In this document: in pieces, positions 27,794 through 37,534 of the stretch
Position numbering within the stretch: position 1 is the first letter of the stretch
Layout of the letters: each line of letters starts with the position of its first letter
Assembly: GCA_900321105.1 (NCBI GenBank)
Contig: OOHL01000002.1
Location: 64,793-128,792 of the forward strand
Length of the DNA: 64,000 nucleotides
Direction of reading: 5' to 3'
From: an uncultured Pseudomonadota bacterium
Lineage (GTDB): Bacteria; Pseudomonadota; Alphaproteobacteria; Rs-D84
The notes under the pieces: generated by a model
What the model saw: only the letters and a program-made list of their open reading frames with translations
Database searches by the model: none
What the model was told of the DNA's origin: nothing
Position numbers and translations under genes: made by a program

Positions 27794-29254
27794 TTATCTT
27801 TGTTTTACCCCACCAAAAACAAAACCAATTTCAGCACCTTTTAATAATGCACCTTCTGTTCTGACTTCATCAATAAAACCTTGAACTACAACTTCGCTTG
27901 GTTCTGTTTCGTCACTTGATGCCTTTGCTTTACGTGCAGGTGCACAATAAACATAATCTAAACCAGTGGTAATATTTTCTTCTTCACCAAAATACTCTGG
28001 CAAAGACATAGCTATTGACTGATTTACATTTTCAGTCGAAAGCCATTTTATTTCTGGCATAATATCTGATGCACCTATTGTATACGAATTATTTTGCGTT
28101 TCAGTATATAATCCCCATACGTTTTTAGGTAAAGAAGATTGATAATTTTCAGCACGCATTTCAATCTGATATGTTTGACGATTTGTGATTATTCTTATTG
28201 TATACCAATTATTAAATGGCATTATCAGAGTATCTGCATCAACACCGTGCGACAATGTTGCCGTGGCAGAATCTGTTGCGAAAGTGCGCAAATCAACACC
28301 TGTTATTCCACCATTAGCTCCAGAATGTTCAACAGATTTTTCCGCTGGCATAACAGAAATATATGCAGTCCCTTTAAATTTCATTGGCGCAGATGGAGCA
28401 TTTAAACGTTTATGTTCCACACCACCGCAATAAGGGAATGTTTCATGTTTGGTTGAATCGCCCATAACAGGTTGTGATCCTTCACATAATCCAACATCAG
28501 AATGTTTTAAACCAATCTTTGCACCAAAAGATAACATAGATACTGAATCTTCGCCCTGGGTCCAAACGCCATGACCATCTATAATGCCCTGATAGATATT
28601 TTGGACATGTCCAGGATCTGCATTAACAGATTGCAAGTGATTTTTTGCCAATTGTGCCAATGCACTGTCGGACATATTTGCAAATATGTTTTGATAATCA
28701 TTTGCTGAAACACCTTTGATTTTCCAATCTTCTGCTGGGTCACTAAAGAAACCACCAACATAAAAATGCCATTCGTTATCTTTAAAGAAAGCTTTTGTAT
28801 CCATAGGATTATAACGACGTTCCATATATTCTTCTGAATCAGAATTCCACATCAAACTTTCCCCAGAATACGAATCTGATGATTCTTTGCCATAAATACC
28901 CGCAACGTTTCCATCTGCACCAACATCTGGTCTGAAATAGCAATCTGAGCCAACATAAAGTTTTGTATTATAGATATCTGACAAATGTTTCAAGAATGTA
29001 TCGCCACTTGATTGATCATCAGTATCTACAACATAATGAGTTTGGGTTGTTTGTTGTGAATTTGTTTTTAGTTCTGGTTCCACGACATCTTTACATGCCG
29101 TCATTCCGCCTAATAAACCAGACAATATAAAAACTTTTGTTTTTGTTGAGTACAAATTTTTGAATATGTTTTTAAATTTAAATCTTTTATTCATGTGACA
29201 CCCTTTTTGATGTTTCGACACAAAAATAGCACAACAAATAATTTTGTCAATCAA
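27794..29254 (-). CDS. Secreted or lipoprotein of unknown function, paralog. C-terminal YCAPAR motif.
   Basis: Signal peptide 'VFILSGLLGGMTAC'. Shares 'MPFNNWYTIRIITN' and 'YCAPARKAK' with the upstream paralog. Confidence 0.45.
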   Translation of the reverse strand: MIDKIICCAIFVSKHQKGCHMNKRFKFKNIFKNLYSTKTKVFILSGLLGGMTACKDVVEPELKTNSQQTTQTHYVVDTDDQSSGDTFLKHLSDIYNTKLYVGSDCYFRPDVGADGNVAGIYGKESSDSYSGESLMWNSDSEEYMERRYNPMDTKAFFKDNEWHFYVGGFFSDPAEDWKIKGVSANDYQNIFANMSDSALAQLAKNHLQSVNADPGHVQNIYQGIIDGHGVWTQGEDSVSMLSFGAKIGLKHSDVGLCEGSQPVMGDSTKHETFPYCGGVEHKRLNAPSAPMKFKGTAYISVMPAEKSVEHSGANGGITGVDLRTFATDSATATLSHGVDADTLIMPFNNWYTIRIITNRQTYQIEMRAENYQSSLPKNVWGLYTETQNNSYTIGASDIMPEIKWLSTENVNQSIAMSLPEYFGEEENITTGLDYVYCAPARKAKASSDETEPSEVVVQGFIDEVRTEGALLKGAEIGFVFGGVKQR

Positions 29255-29527
29255 AAATATAAACTGCTAACAAAAGCATACTTTCCTGTTAAAAAAACTT
29301 GATTTTCGGATTTGATATGCTAGGCTGGTATTCCCTTGCCCCCTAAAAAAGAGGTATAAATATGGTGGAACGAATAAACGACATACAATCAATAGAAGCA
29401 CCAAAACGCAATCATTTTTGGTGGGATGTTGCATATACAGTTAACAACAAACAATATCTTAAAAGCTTTTTGGACGTTGCAAAAGCATACGCGTTTTTTA
29501 ATACAAACACGAACAAAAGATAATACC

Positions 29528-30121
29528 ATGCAAAAAGTTGCTGCTGCTGTTATAAAATATGAAGACAAGGTTTTATTGATGCGTCGTGCACCAGGTCAAA
29601 AACTTGCCGGATTCTGGGAATTTCCAGGTGGCAAAGTTGAAAATGGCGAACGCGTGTCAGCGGCACTTCATCGTGAATTAGACGAAGAATTAGACATCAA
29701 GGCAAAAATCGGCAAATTGATAACATCTGTCAAAGATGGCGCATATGAAATATATGCATATGATGTTAAATATTACGATGGATTGATAAGATTGTCTGTG
29801 CATGACGACATGGAATGGGTTCCATTAAATATGGCACTGTCATACAAATTGTTGCCTGCCGATAAAAAAATCGTAATGTATATAACAAAAACCAAAGAAG
29901 AAAAGGCAAAACCTGCATCAATTACTTCTGTTATTGATCAAATAATTACCAGACCCGTATTGGACCCAAAAACTAATAAATATGTTGTTGAAATCAAAAA
30001 CGGATTCTTTGGCAAGACACAAAGTTTCCCATCAGAAGATAAGTCACTTGAATTTTATATGGATACCGTGCGAGATATTATGCAAAACATACAAAAACGC
30101 CCGTATATTCCAGAAAGATAA
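29528..30121 (+). CDS. NUDIX hydrolase (MutT-like) with a C-terminal extension
   Basis: Nudix box 'GGKVENGERVSAALHRELDEELDI'. The likely start is the ATG at 29528 ('MQKVAAAV'). The ORF is open from 29426. Confidence 0.7.
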   Translation: MQKVAAAVIKYEDKVLLMRRAPGQKLAGFWEFPGGKVENGERVSAALHRELDEELDIKAKIGKLITSVKDGAYEIYAYDVKYYDGLIRLSVHDDMEWVPLNMALSYKLLPADKKIVMYITKTKEEKAKPASITSVIDQIITRPVLDPKTNKYVVEIKNGFFGKTQSFPSEDKSLEFYMDTVRDIMQNIQKRPYIPER

Positions 30122-30345
30122 ACAAGGTTGTCCGTAAAAACCTAGGGATTTAAACAATTTGTTTAGATCCCTGTTTTTTTGCATAATTCATATGTGAATT
30201 TGGATATAAAATAACAAACATTTTGTTTTCCAATTCAAACACCAAATTGAAACATATCCAAATTCACATTTTTTATACTTTTTTCTTGATTTTTTGTTTT
30301 TTATATGTCAAAATTTGCCCCGAACGCGAATGAAACAGTTCGTAT

Positions 30346-30421
30346 GGAGGCATAGCTCAGTTGGTAGAGCAACTGACTTTTAATCAGTGGGTCCAGGGTT
30401 CGAGTCCCTGTGCCTCCACCA
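30346..30421 (+). tRNA. tRNA-Lys (anticodon UUU)
   Basis: Cloverleaf fold. Acceptor GGAGGCA/TGCCTCC, anticodon stem ACTGA/TCAGT with loop CTTTTAA, T-loop TTCGAGT, and an encoded CCA. Confidence 0.9.
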
Positions 30422-30574
30422 GAAAAATTAAATCACCTTTTGGTGATTTTATTTTTTTGTGGCACATTTGGACGAGAACCCTCGCAACTAAGTTGCTGGT
30501 TCGAAAACAAGTAGGTTTTGCAAGTAAAACGCAGCGAAACCGTCACGGTTTGCACGCAGGCATTTATGCCGAGT

Positions 30575-30605
30575 GAGTCCCTGTGCCTCCACCAGAAAAA
30601 TTAAA
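30575..30605 (+). repeat. 31-bp direct repeat of the tRNA-Lys 3' end plus downstream flank (GAGTCCCTGTGCCTCCACCAGAAAAATTAAA). An att-site scar.
   Basis: Identical to 30402-30432, which is the T-loop to CCA plus 11 nt of flank. Confidence 0.65.
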
Positions 30606-30621
30606 CGACCCCAAGGCCGTT

Positions 30622-31266
30622 TTATTTTTTCTCTTGTTGTTGGATTTTTTTACGCGTGGTGTATCCGGTGGCATAAAACCAATCGTCTATCATGGAAAGA
30701 GTTGTTTCAATATATCGCGCGATTTCTTTTGGCGAATTATGATATTTACATTCATTCAGAATCTGGTTCAATTCTTGTGCAATAAAAGACAAAATTTGCG
30801 TATGTTGTGGCTCAAGGACTTCGATTTTATCGGACTTGTAAAGCAAATCTTCCAGATTATTTAATTGTATACGGATTGCGCGCAGATACCGCGGTTCCAA
30901 CGCCAGTTTTTTATAATTCAGATTGATGTCCTGCATTGGAACTTCGATACGAGTTAATCCAATAATATTTTTCATTTGTGCCAGTATTTTGAATAAATAA
31001 TCGTCCAAAGTATTTATCAATGTAGTATGTTGATGTTTATGAACACGACGCGTGATTAAAAAATTAGAATAATCATAAAACAAAAACACCAATGGTATAG
31101 CTAAAAGCGATGCCGCAACATTATCCATTAAATCTATCCATCCTGCATCATGCAGGTAATCTTGGGATATATCAAACACAATTATTCCGCCGGCGATAGA
31201 CAGAACATAGGGTATTGATTTCAAAATAAAATGCATCAAAGTCATGCCAGATATTATACACCCCAC
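30622..31266 (-). CDS. Membrane protein of unknown function (two N-terminal TM helices plus a cytoplasmic domain)
   Basis: 214-aa ORF with hydrophobic helices 'YVLSIAGGIIVFDI' and 'VAASLLAIPLVFLFY'. Confidence 0.35.
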   Translation of the reverse strand: MGCIISGMTLMHFILKSIPYVLSIAGGIIVFDISQDYLHDAGWIDLMDNVAASLLAIPLVFLFYDYSNFLITRRVHKHQHTTLINTLDDYLFKILAQMKNIIGLTRIEVPMQDINLNYKKLALEPRYLRAIRIQLNNLEDLLYKSDKIEVLEPQHTQILSFIAQELNQILNECKYHNSPKEIARYIETTLSMIDDWFYATGYTTRKKIQQQEKK

Positions 31267-31382
31267 CCCAACATTTGTTCACAGGAACATAAGCCCAAAA
31301 ATCCGCCCTATCGCACTTGAAATCACACCAAAAAAATGCTATAATTACAAAGAAAGATTGGTGTTTACAAAAGGGGCATGTT

Positions 31383-34061
31383 ATGGCAAAAGGTGATATG
31401 GATGATTTTTTAAAACTGTATTATCGGCGTTTACACACCGATGCCATGCCCGACAGTGTTCTTGACCAATTAGTCGAAGATAAAAAGAAAGGGCTTTTAA
31501 CCGGACATCAACAGGAATGGTTTAAGGATTTTCTAGAAGAATACCAAGATGCCGATGGCAATACTAAATACAGGGCAAAGGCTCTTCCTGAATTAAAGGA
31601 CACAAGCGAATTACACGAAGATGAATTAATCAAATTATACAAACGTCTTGCCATCGTAATGGCGGCTATGAAAAACGCCAGTATTTTTTATGATTCTGTA
31701 AACGATGCAAATGCATCGGCTTTTGTAAAACACTGGGTTGATGACCTGCAAATTTTTCCTATTCCAAAGGCAACAAATGAATGTAAAAACGGTATAGAAA
31801 AAATTATATTTTTAACAACCCAATCGCCTCAAAGAGACAACATCAACCAAATCATTGCGGATGAAGTCAAGGACGATAAAGGTAAGGCAGTATTTAAAGA
31901 CACCGCAGCAGTTGAAAAATTTATCAATGAAAAATGCATATCTAAAGATAAATACAATTCTGATACATCTGTACAAGAAAAACTTCGCAAGATTGCTTAC
32001 ACGCTTATCAGCACATGGCGCAATGCACGCGATAATGATGTGACCGCTAACGCCATAGGCAGATATATAGAAGACATACAACCTGTTTCTCTAGACAAAG
32101 GTTTTTCTGTAATAGATGTTGACCCTAATAAACTTAATGATTTCAGGGATATTTATGGATCACAAATACTTAGTGAATTGTATAACGATAAATCTGTGCG
32201 TGCAAAATTTGCGGACAAAGATAAATCCGGTTTTGTTGAAATTATAGAGAAAGCAGAAAAGAAAATAAGTTGGCACGACAAAAACAGCAATGATTATGTT
32301 GAACCAAAAATTGAAGATTCTTTGAACCCTGTACAATGGATTGAAAAGCAGGTCAAAGATACATATAATGACACACTGAAAAAATACGAAGAATTACGTG
32401 GTGGACATTTATTTTTTGGTCCACATGCCAAGGAAATCTGCAAGGCAATTGACAAAGAAGGTATAAAACCAGCCGATGGGTTACCTGGATTGTTAGACAA
32501 AGCTGCGGCTGTAAAAAAACGCCTTACCAATAAAACTCTTGCGGAACATTTTGATTGGTTTACCGAAACAATGGGCGCATTAAAAGACAAAATTCCAAAG
32601 GCGATTGAAGGTTGTTGGAAAGATGCCAAACAAATGAAATGTGTGATTGAACAAATCATATTAAAGGCGACAGATCCTAACGACAAAGCAAACTTGAAAT
32701 CTAACATGGAAAAAGCCAAAACCGCTATGGAAATCATGACTGTTATGAAATATGGCATGATGACCAGCAAAATTATGGATGCCATGAGAAAAACTGATTT
32801 TAATATATTTTCAGATGGCAAATTATCATGGAATAAAAATGAAGGTATCCAATTCGTCACCAAGGCATTCGACCAAAGTGTCAAGGCGGCATTCCTGGGG
32901 GTTGGTTATGGTATCACATTTGCCAGAAATAAAATAATGATGCGTGATATGGAATTTACAGACAAAAATAATTCCGGCGGACCATTAGCAAACAGATTTT
33001 CATACTGGAAAAACACAATAGCAAAATCTGGTTCACAAGAAAAAAAGGATTTGGGTAATATTATAGCCAACAAACAAACAGAACTTGCACAAAAAGAACA
33101 AGACAAAACAAAATTAGGCAATGAAACCGTTAATGTTGGCGGTCGCGTATTACACTATAACGATAATGACATAGGAGATATCAGAACACATAAATCCGAT
33201 TTAGAGGCACAACTTAAACCATACAAGGATGCAAAAGAAAACGCTGCTGCAGACATGGAAAAACAACAAAAGGCAAAAGAAAAAAGTTTAGCCACCAAGG
33301 AACGTTTGCAAGAAAGAAAAGATGAATATGACAAATTAAACAAGTTAATAAACGATGAAGATATAAAAGAAAAAATTGACGCATTAACCGCAAAAAGAGA
33401 CTCTTTGCATCAACAAGTAAACGATATAAGGGATGCTTTGTCTGCACCAGAATTGCAGGATCCTAATGACAATCCAATCACAGATCCCGAAGACCAAAAA
33501 TCTTATAGAGGTATATTGTTGGCAGATATGGGAGATTTGCGCAAACAAATTCAACAAATTAACAAATCCATTAATGATGAAAAAGCTAAAATACATTCTC
33601 CAGAAAGGGCTCAATTAAAAGCTAATGCCCAAAACCGTTTGAACGATCCAGAGTTTAAAGCAGACCTTGCCAGTTATAACCAAGCTGTAACAGATTATAA
33701 AAATGCAGATACTGCGTATAATACTGCACAAAATAATTACAACAATGCAAACACAGAATACGAACAACAGGCTAAAAATCTTGGTTATACTGATGTTTCT
33801 GAAAAAATAACACAATTTGAAAACGCAACAAAAGAAATTGATGAACTAAATAAAAACATCAAACAAAAACAAGATGCTTTGAACAATTGGGATTCAGAAC
33901 ATGTTAATGCCGTATTGGAACTGGAAAATTATTGGAATTTCTTGCAAAGTGGCGATGTTAAAACATGGCGTCTGCGTTTAGGCAATGCCCAAAAGAAATT
34001 TGATGGCAATAAATTATCCATGTATCAAAATTATGTTTCACAATATGGACTTGCGGCATAA
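31383..34061 (+). CDS. Large coiled-coil protein of unknown function, a possible secreted effector
   Basis: About 890 aa from the ATG at 31383 (RBS 'aaagggg'). The C-terminal ~350 aa are heptad- and charge-rich (K/E/Q/N). It has no enzymatic motifs. Confidence 0.4.
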   Translation: MAKGDMDDFLKLYYRRLHTDAMPDSVLDQLVEDKKKGLLTGHQQEWFKDFLEEYQDADGNTKYRAKALPELKDTSELHEDELIKLYKRLAIVMAAMKNASIFYDSVNDANASAFVKHWVDDLQIFPIPKATNECKNGIEKIIFLTTQSPQRDNINQIIADEVKDDKGKAVFKDTAAVEKFINEKCISKDKYNSDTSVQEKLRKIAYTLISTWRNARDNDVTANAIGRYIEDIQPVSLDKGFSVIDVDPNKLNDFRDIYGSQILSELYNDKSVRAKFADKDKSGFVEIIEKAEKKISWHDKNSNDYVEPKIEDSLNPVQWIEKQVKDTYNDTLKKYEELRGGHLFFGPHAKEICKAIDKEGIKPADGLPGLLDKAAAVKKRLTNKTLAEHFDWFTETMGALKDKIPKAIEGCWKDAKQMKCVIEQIILKATDPNDKANLKSNMEKAKTAMEIMTVMKYGMMTSKIMDAMRKTDFNIFSDGKLSWNKNEGIQFVTKAFDQSVKAAFLGVGYGITFARNKIMMRDMEFTDKNNSGGPLANRFSYWKNTIAKSGSQEKKDLGNIIANKQTELAQKEQDKTKLGNETVNVGGRVLHYNDNDIGDIRTHKSDLEAQLKPYKDAKENAAADMEKQQKAKEKSLATKERLQERKDEYDKLNKLINDEDIKEKIDALTAKRDSLHQQVNDIRDALSAPELQDPNDNPITDPEDQKSYRGILLADMGDLRKQIQQINKSINDEKAKIHSPERAQLKANAQNRLNDPEFKADLASYNQAVTDYKNADTAYNTAQNNYNNANTEYEQQAKNLGYTDVSEKITQFENATKEIDELNKNIKQKQDALNNWDSEHVNAVLELENYWNFLQSGDVKTWRLRLGNAQKKFDGNKLSMYQNYVSQYGLAA

Positions 34062-34146
34062 GGTTTTTCAAAATCCTAAGTTTATTATTGAAACCGATAA
34101 AATCATTTGCTATTCTTTGGCCGTAAAATAACTAAAAGGATAACAA

Positions 34147-35385
34147 ATGTACATACTTGCTTTGAATTGTGGTTCATCTTCCCTGAAATACCAGGTGTTT
34201 GATGCAGATACTAAAAAAGTCGTCGTTGGCGGTAATGTTGAAAAAATCGGTTTGCCTGATTCTTTTGTCACTCAAAAATATCCAGACGGAACAAAAGAAA
34301 AGAAAGAAACATCTATGCCAGACCACAAGGAAGCATTAAGTGTTGTTATGTACATGTTGCGCGACCGCGCTTCTATTGATATGAATGAAATCGGTGGTGT
34401 TGGGCATCGTGTTGTTATGGGTGGTGATAAATTTGCTTCATCCGTTGAAATCACAGATGATGTTATCAAAACTTTGAACGAATTGACACCGTTGGCACCT
34501 TTGCATAACCCAAGTGGTGTTTTGGGAATTATCACTGCACAACAATTATTGCCAAACGCAAAACAAGTTGCTGTATTTGATACTGCGTTCCATCAAACAA
34601 TGAAACCTGTATCTTTCCGTTATCCTGTGCCAACAGAATGGTACACTGAATTAGGCGTTCGCAGATACGGATTCCACGGAACATCTCATTTGTATGTTTC
34701 TAAACGTGCCGCCGCTATGCTGGGCAAACCTGCCAGTGAATGCAATTTAATCACTGCACACATTGGTTCTGGTGCATCTATTGCAGCCATCCGCAATGGT
34801 GTATCGGTTGATACATCTATGGGTATGACACCAACCGCAGGTTTAATGATGGGAACACGTTGCGGTGATATTGATCCATCCATCCCATCTTATGTTGCAT
34901 CACGCAAGGGTATATCCATTGAATTGGTTCAAAATGAATTGAATAAAAAGTCTGGTTTGATGGGTATTACAAAATGCTTTTCTGACGGTCGCGATGTCGA
35001 AAATAACCAAGACACAAATGACGACTGCAGATTGGCGTTGGAAATGCAGGCACAAACAGTGAAAAAATTCATTGGTTCGTATATGGCAGAACTCGGTCAC
35101 GTTGATGCATTGGTGCTTACCGCCGGGGTCTGCGAAAACGATGCTTATATGCGCGAAAAATTCTGTGAAGGATTGGAAGAATTGGGTATTAAATTTGATA
35201 AAGAAGCAAACAAAAACATCAGCAGAGATGTTCCAGAGGCGGTTTTAAGCACACCTGATTCACCAATCAAGGTCTTTAAGATTGCAACAAATGAAGAATT
35301 GGTTATTGTTGAAGATACACTGGCCATTATGAACGGCACTTATAATGCCGATCATTTGAAAATGGATTATTCATTTGCAAAATAA
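34147..35385 (+). CDS. ackA: Acetate kinase
   Basis: N-terminal 'ILALNCGSSSLKYQVF' and conserved 'RYGFHGTSH' motifs. Confidence 0.9.
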   Translation: MYILALNCGSSSLKYQVFDADTKKVVVGGNVEKIGLPDSFVTQKYPDGTKEKKETSMPDHKEALSVVMYMLRDRASIDMNEIGGVGHRVVMGGDKFASSVEITDDVIKTLNELTPLAPLHNPSGVLGIITAQQLLPNAKQVAVFDTAFHQTMKPVSFRYPVPTEWYTELGVRRYGFHGTSHLYVSKRAAAMLGKPASECNLITAHIGSGASIAAIRNGVSVDTSMGMTPTAGLMMGTRCGDIDPSIPSYVASRKGISIELVQNELNKKSGLMGITKCFSDGRDVENNQDTNDDCRLALEMQAQTVKKFIGSYMAELGHVDALVLTAGVCENDAYMREKFCEGLEELGIKFDKEANKNISRDVPEAVLSTPDSPIKVFKIATNEELVIVEDTLAIMNGTYNADHLKMDYSFAK

Positions 35386-35467
35386 TCAATTTTAACAAAA
35401 TTAAACCGACGCGATTGCGCCGGTTTTTTTATTGAATTAAATGGCAATTTTTTGCTAGATTTATGTT

Positions 35468-37534
35468 ATGGATAATGAAATCTTTGATTTTTTTAATACT
35501 GATTTGCAATATGTTCATGGCGTGGGGCCTGTGTTGGCCACTAAGTTTAATGAAGTATTGGGGGGTCGACGCATTCTTGATTTTCTTTTACATATTCCAT
35601 CTTATGTTCGTCCGCGCGAAATCCTTGATTCTGTTATTGGCGCACAAAACGGCGACACGATTACCATTTCTCTGCAGATAAAATCTCACAAAAAAGGTGG
35701 TGTGTTTCATGGGCGTCGCGCACCAACCCAGATTGTATGCGCTGATAAATTTGCAGCACCGGTGACAATACAATTTTTTAATACTAAATTTCTGGATTAT
35801 TGGATTGAAAAATTACCAATTGGTGCATGGCGTATTATAAGTGGTAAACTGGAATTTAATAATCGCAATGGTGCAGTTATCAATCATCCTGACTTTATTG
35901 AATTACCAGACAATGCAAATAAAATTCCACGACACCAGGCGATTTATCCATCTGGCGAAGGACTGACCCAAAAAACATTTTCCGCTGTACGTGACCAGAT
36001 TTTTAACATAATGCACGAACGAGTTGCCGCGTATAAATTAAGCGAAAGAATGTTGGAATTACTGGATGCGTTGGAACATGTTCATTATCCAGAAACCAAT
36101 GATGACCTGGCACCAAATGGACAATATATTGTAAAACTGGCCTATTCTGAATTGCTGGCACATCAAAGTGCGATTGCGATAAATCGCCGCGCGCGCATGG
36201 CACAAAAAAATCTACGCCCTGTTCGCGAATCACAAAAGAATCTTATTGATAAATTTTATAAAATATTGCCATTTGAATTGACCGGCGCACAAAAACGAAC
36301 GATTGATGAAATATTTGCAGATTTTCAAAAGCCTGTTCCCATGATGCGATTGGTCCAGGGTGATGTTGGTTCTGGCAAGACCATGGTTGCGATGGCGGCT
36401 GCGGTAAAAATGGCTGAATCCGGTGCACAAACGGTATTATTGGCCCCAACCGATACTTTAGCACAGCAACATTTTGCAAAGCTGAAACCCATGTGCGATG
36501 AATTGGGTTTGGTTTGTGATGTCCTGACTGGGCGCGACAAAGGTGTGGCACGCCGCGAAAAATTGATATCGTTAAAATCAGGTCGGACTAAAATCGCAAT
36601 CGGTACGCACGCCCTGTTTTCCGAAGATGTTGAATACAAAGATTTGGGGTTGGTTATAATTGATGAACAACACCGATTTGGCGTTGACCAACGCAGCACT
36701 ATGCGTGCCAAGGGCAACAATCCAGATATGTTGGCATTGTCTGCGACCCCTATTCCGCGCACACTTTCTATGACGGTTTATGGCGATATGGACATTTCGA
36801 TTATAAATGAAAAGCCAGCCGGACGTATGCCGATAAAGACATCTAAATTGCCGGTTAATCGCGTTGGTGCTTTGATTGAACGCATTGCGCCCCAGGTTGC
36901 AAACGGTGCAAAAATTTTCTGGGTTTGCCCATTGGTCGAAGAATCTGAAAATTCAGATATGATGGCGGCACAATCGCGATTTGAAGAACTGAACAAACAC
37001 TTCCCAGGTACCGGACTTTGTCATGGTCAGATGGATAAAAAATCGCGTGACAAAGTTATGGAAGAATTCGCGGCCCCTGAATCAAAAATGCGCGTATTGG
37101 TTTCAACAACTGTTATAGAGGTTGGTATTGATGTCCCATCCGCCACAATTATGGTTATTGAAAACGCCGAACGATTTGGATTGGCGGCGTTGCATCAATT
37201 ACGCGGGCGCGTTGGGCGCGGTTCACAACAATCGTTTTGCATCTTGCTTTATGGAAACAATATTTCACCAGATGGTATAAAAAGACTGGATACATTATGC
37301 GAAACAGACGATGGATTCGTTATCGCAGAACAAGATTTAATGATGCGTGGTGTTGGCGAATTATTAGGTACAAAACAAAGCGGTTGGATACAATATCATT
37401 TTGTTAATTATCGTGAACATCGGGATTTATTCAAATTGGCACAAAGTGCGGCTATGAATAATAATAGTGATGATGATATTTGGGCAAAAACTTTGCGCCA
37501 TATATTTAATTGTTCAACAATTGCAGGGGCATAA
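35468..37534 (+). CDS. recG: ATP-dependent DNA helicase RecG
   Basis: Walker A 'GDVGSGKT' and DEQH box 'IIDEQHRFG'. Wedge domain plus two helicase domains. 688 aa. Confidence 0.9.
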   Translation: MDNEIFDFFNTDLQYVHGVGPVLATKFNEVLGGRRILDFLLHIPSYVRPREILDSVIGAQNGDTITISLQIKSHKKGGVFHGRRAPTQIVCADKFAAPVTIQFFNTKFLDYWIEKLPIGAWRIISGKLEFNNRNGAVINHPDFIELPDNANKIPRHQAIYPSGEGLTQKTFSAVRDQIFNIMHERVAAYKLSERMLELLDALEHVHYPETNDDLAPNGQYIVKLAYSELLAHQSAIAINRRARMAQKNLRPVRESQKNLIDKFYKILPFELTGAQKRTIDEIFADFQKPVPMMRLVQGDVGSGKTMVAMAAAVKMAESGAQTVLLAPTDTLAQQHFAKLKPMCDELGLVCDVLTGRDKGVARREKLISLKSGRTKIAIGTHALFSEDVEYKDLGLVIIDEQHRFGVDQRSTMRAKGNNPDMLALSATPIPRTLSMTVYGDMDISIINEKPAGRMPIKTSKLPVNRVGALIERIAPQVANGAKIFWVCPLVEESENSDMMAAQSRFEELNKHFPGTGLCHGQMDKKSRDKVMEEFAAPESKMRVLVSTTVIEVGIDVPSATIMVIENAERFGLAALHQLRGRVGRGSQQSFCILLYGNNISPDGIKRLDTLCETDDGFVIAEQDLMMRGVGELLGTKQSGWIQYHFVNYREHRDLFKLAQSAAMNNNSDDDIWAKTLRHIFNCSTIAGA

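Noticed and set aside
30361-30864. Three short plus-strand ORFs (30361..30576, 30573..30785, 30583..30864)
   Set aside because: They overlap tRNA-Lys, its 3'-end repeat, and the antisense of 30622..31266. They are spurious.
33155-33815. Cluster of minus-strand ORFs opposite the coiled-coil gene
   Set aside because: They are artefacts of the low-complexity K/E/Q-rich coding repeat on the plus strand.
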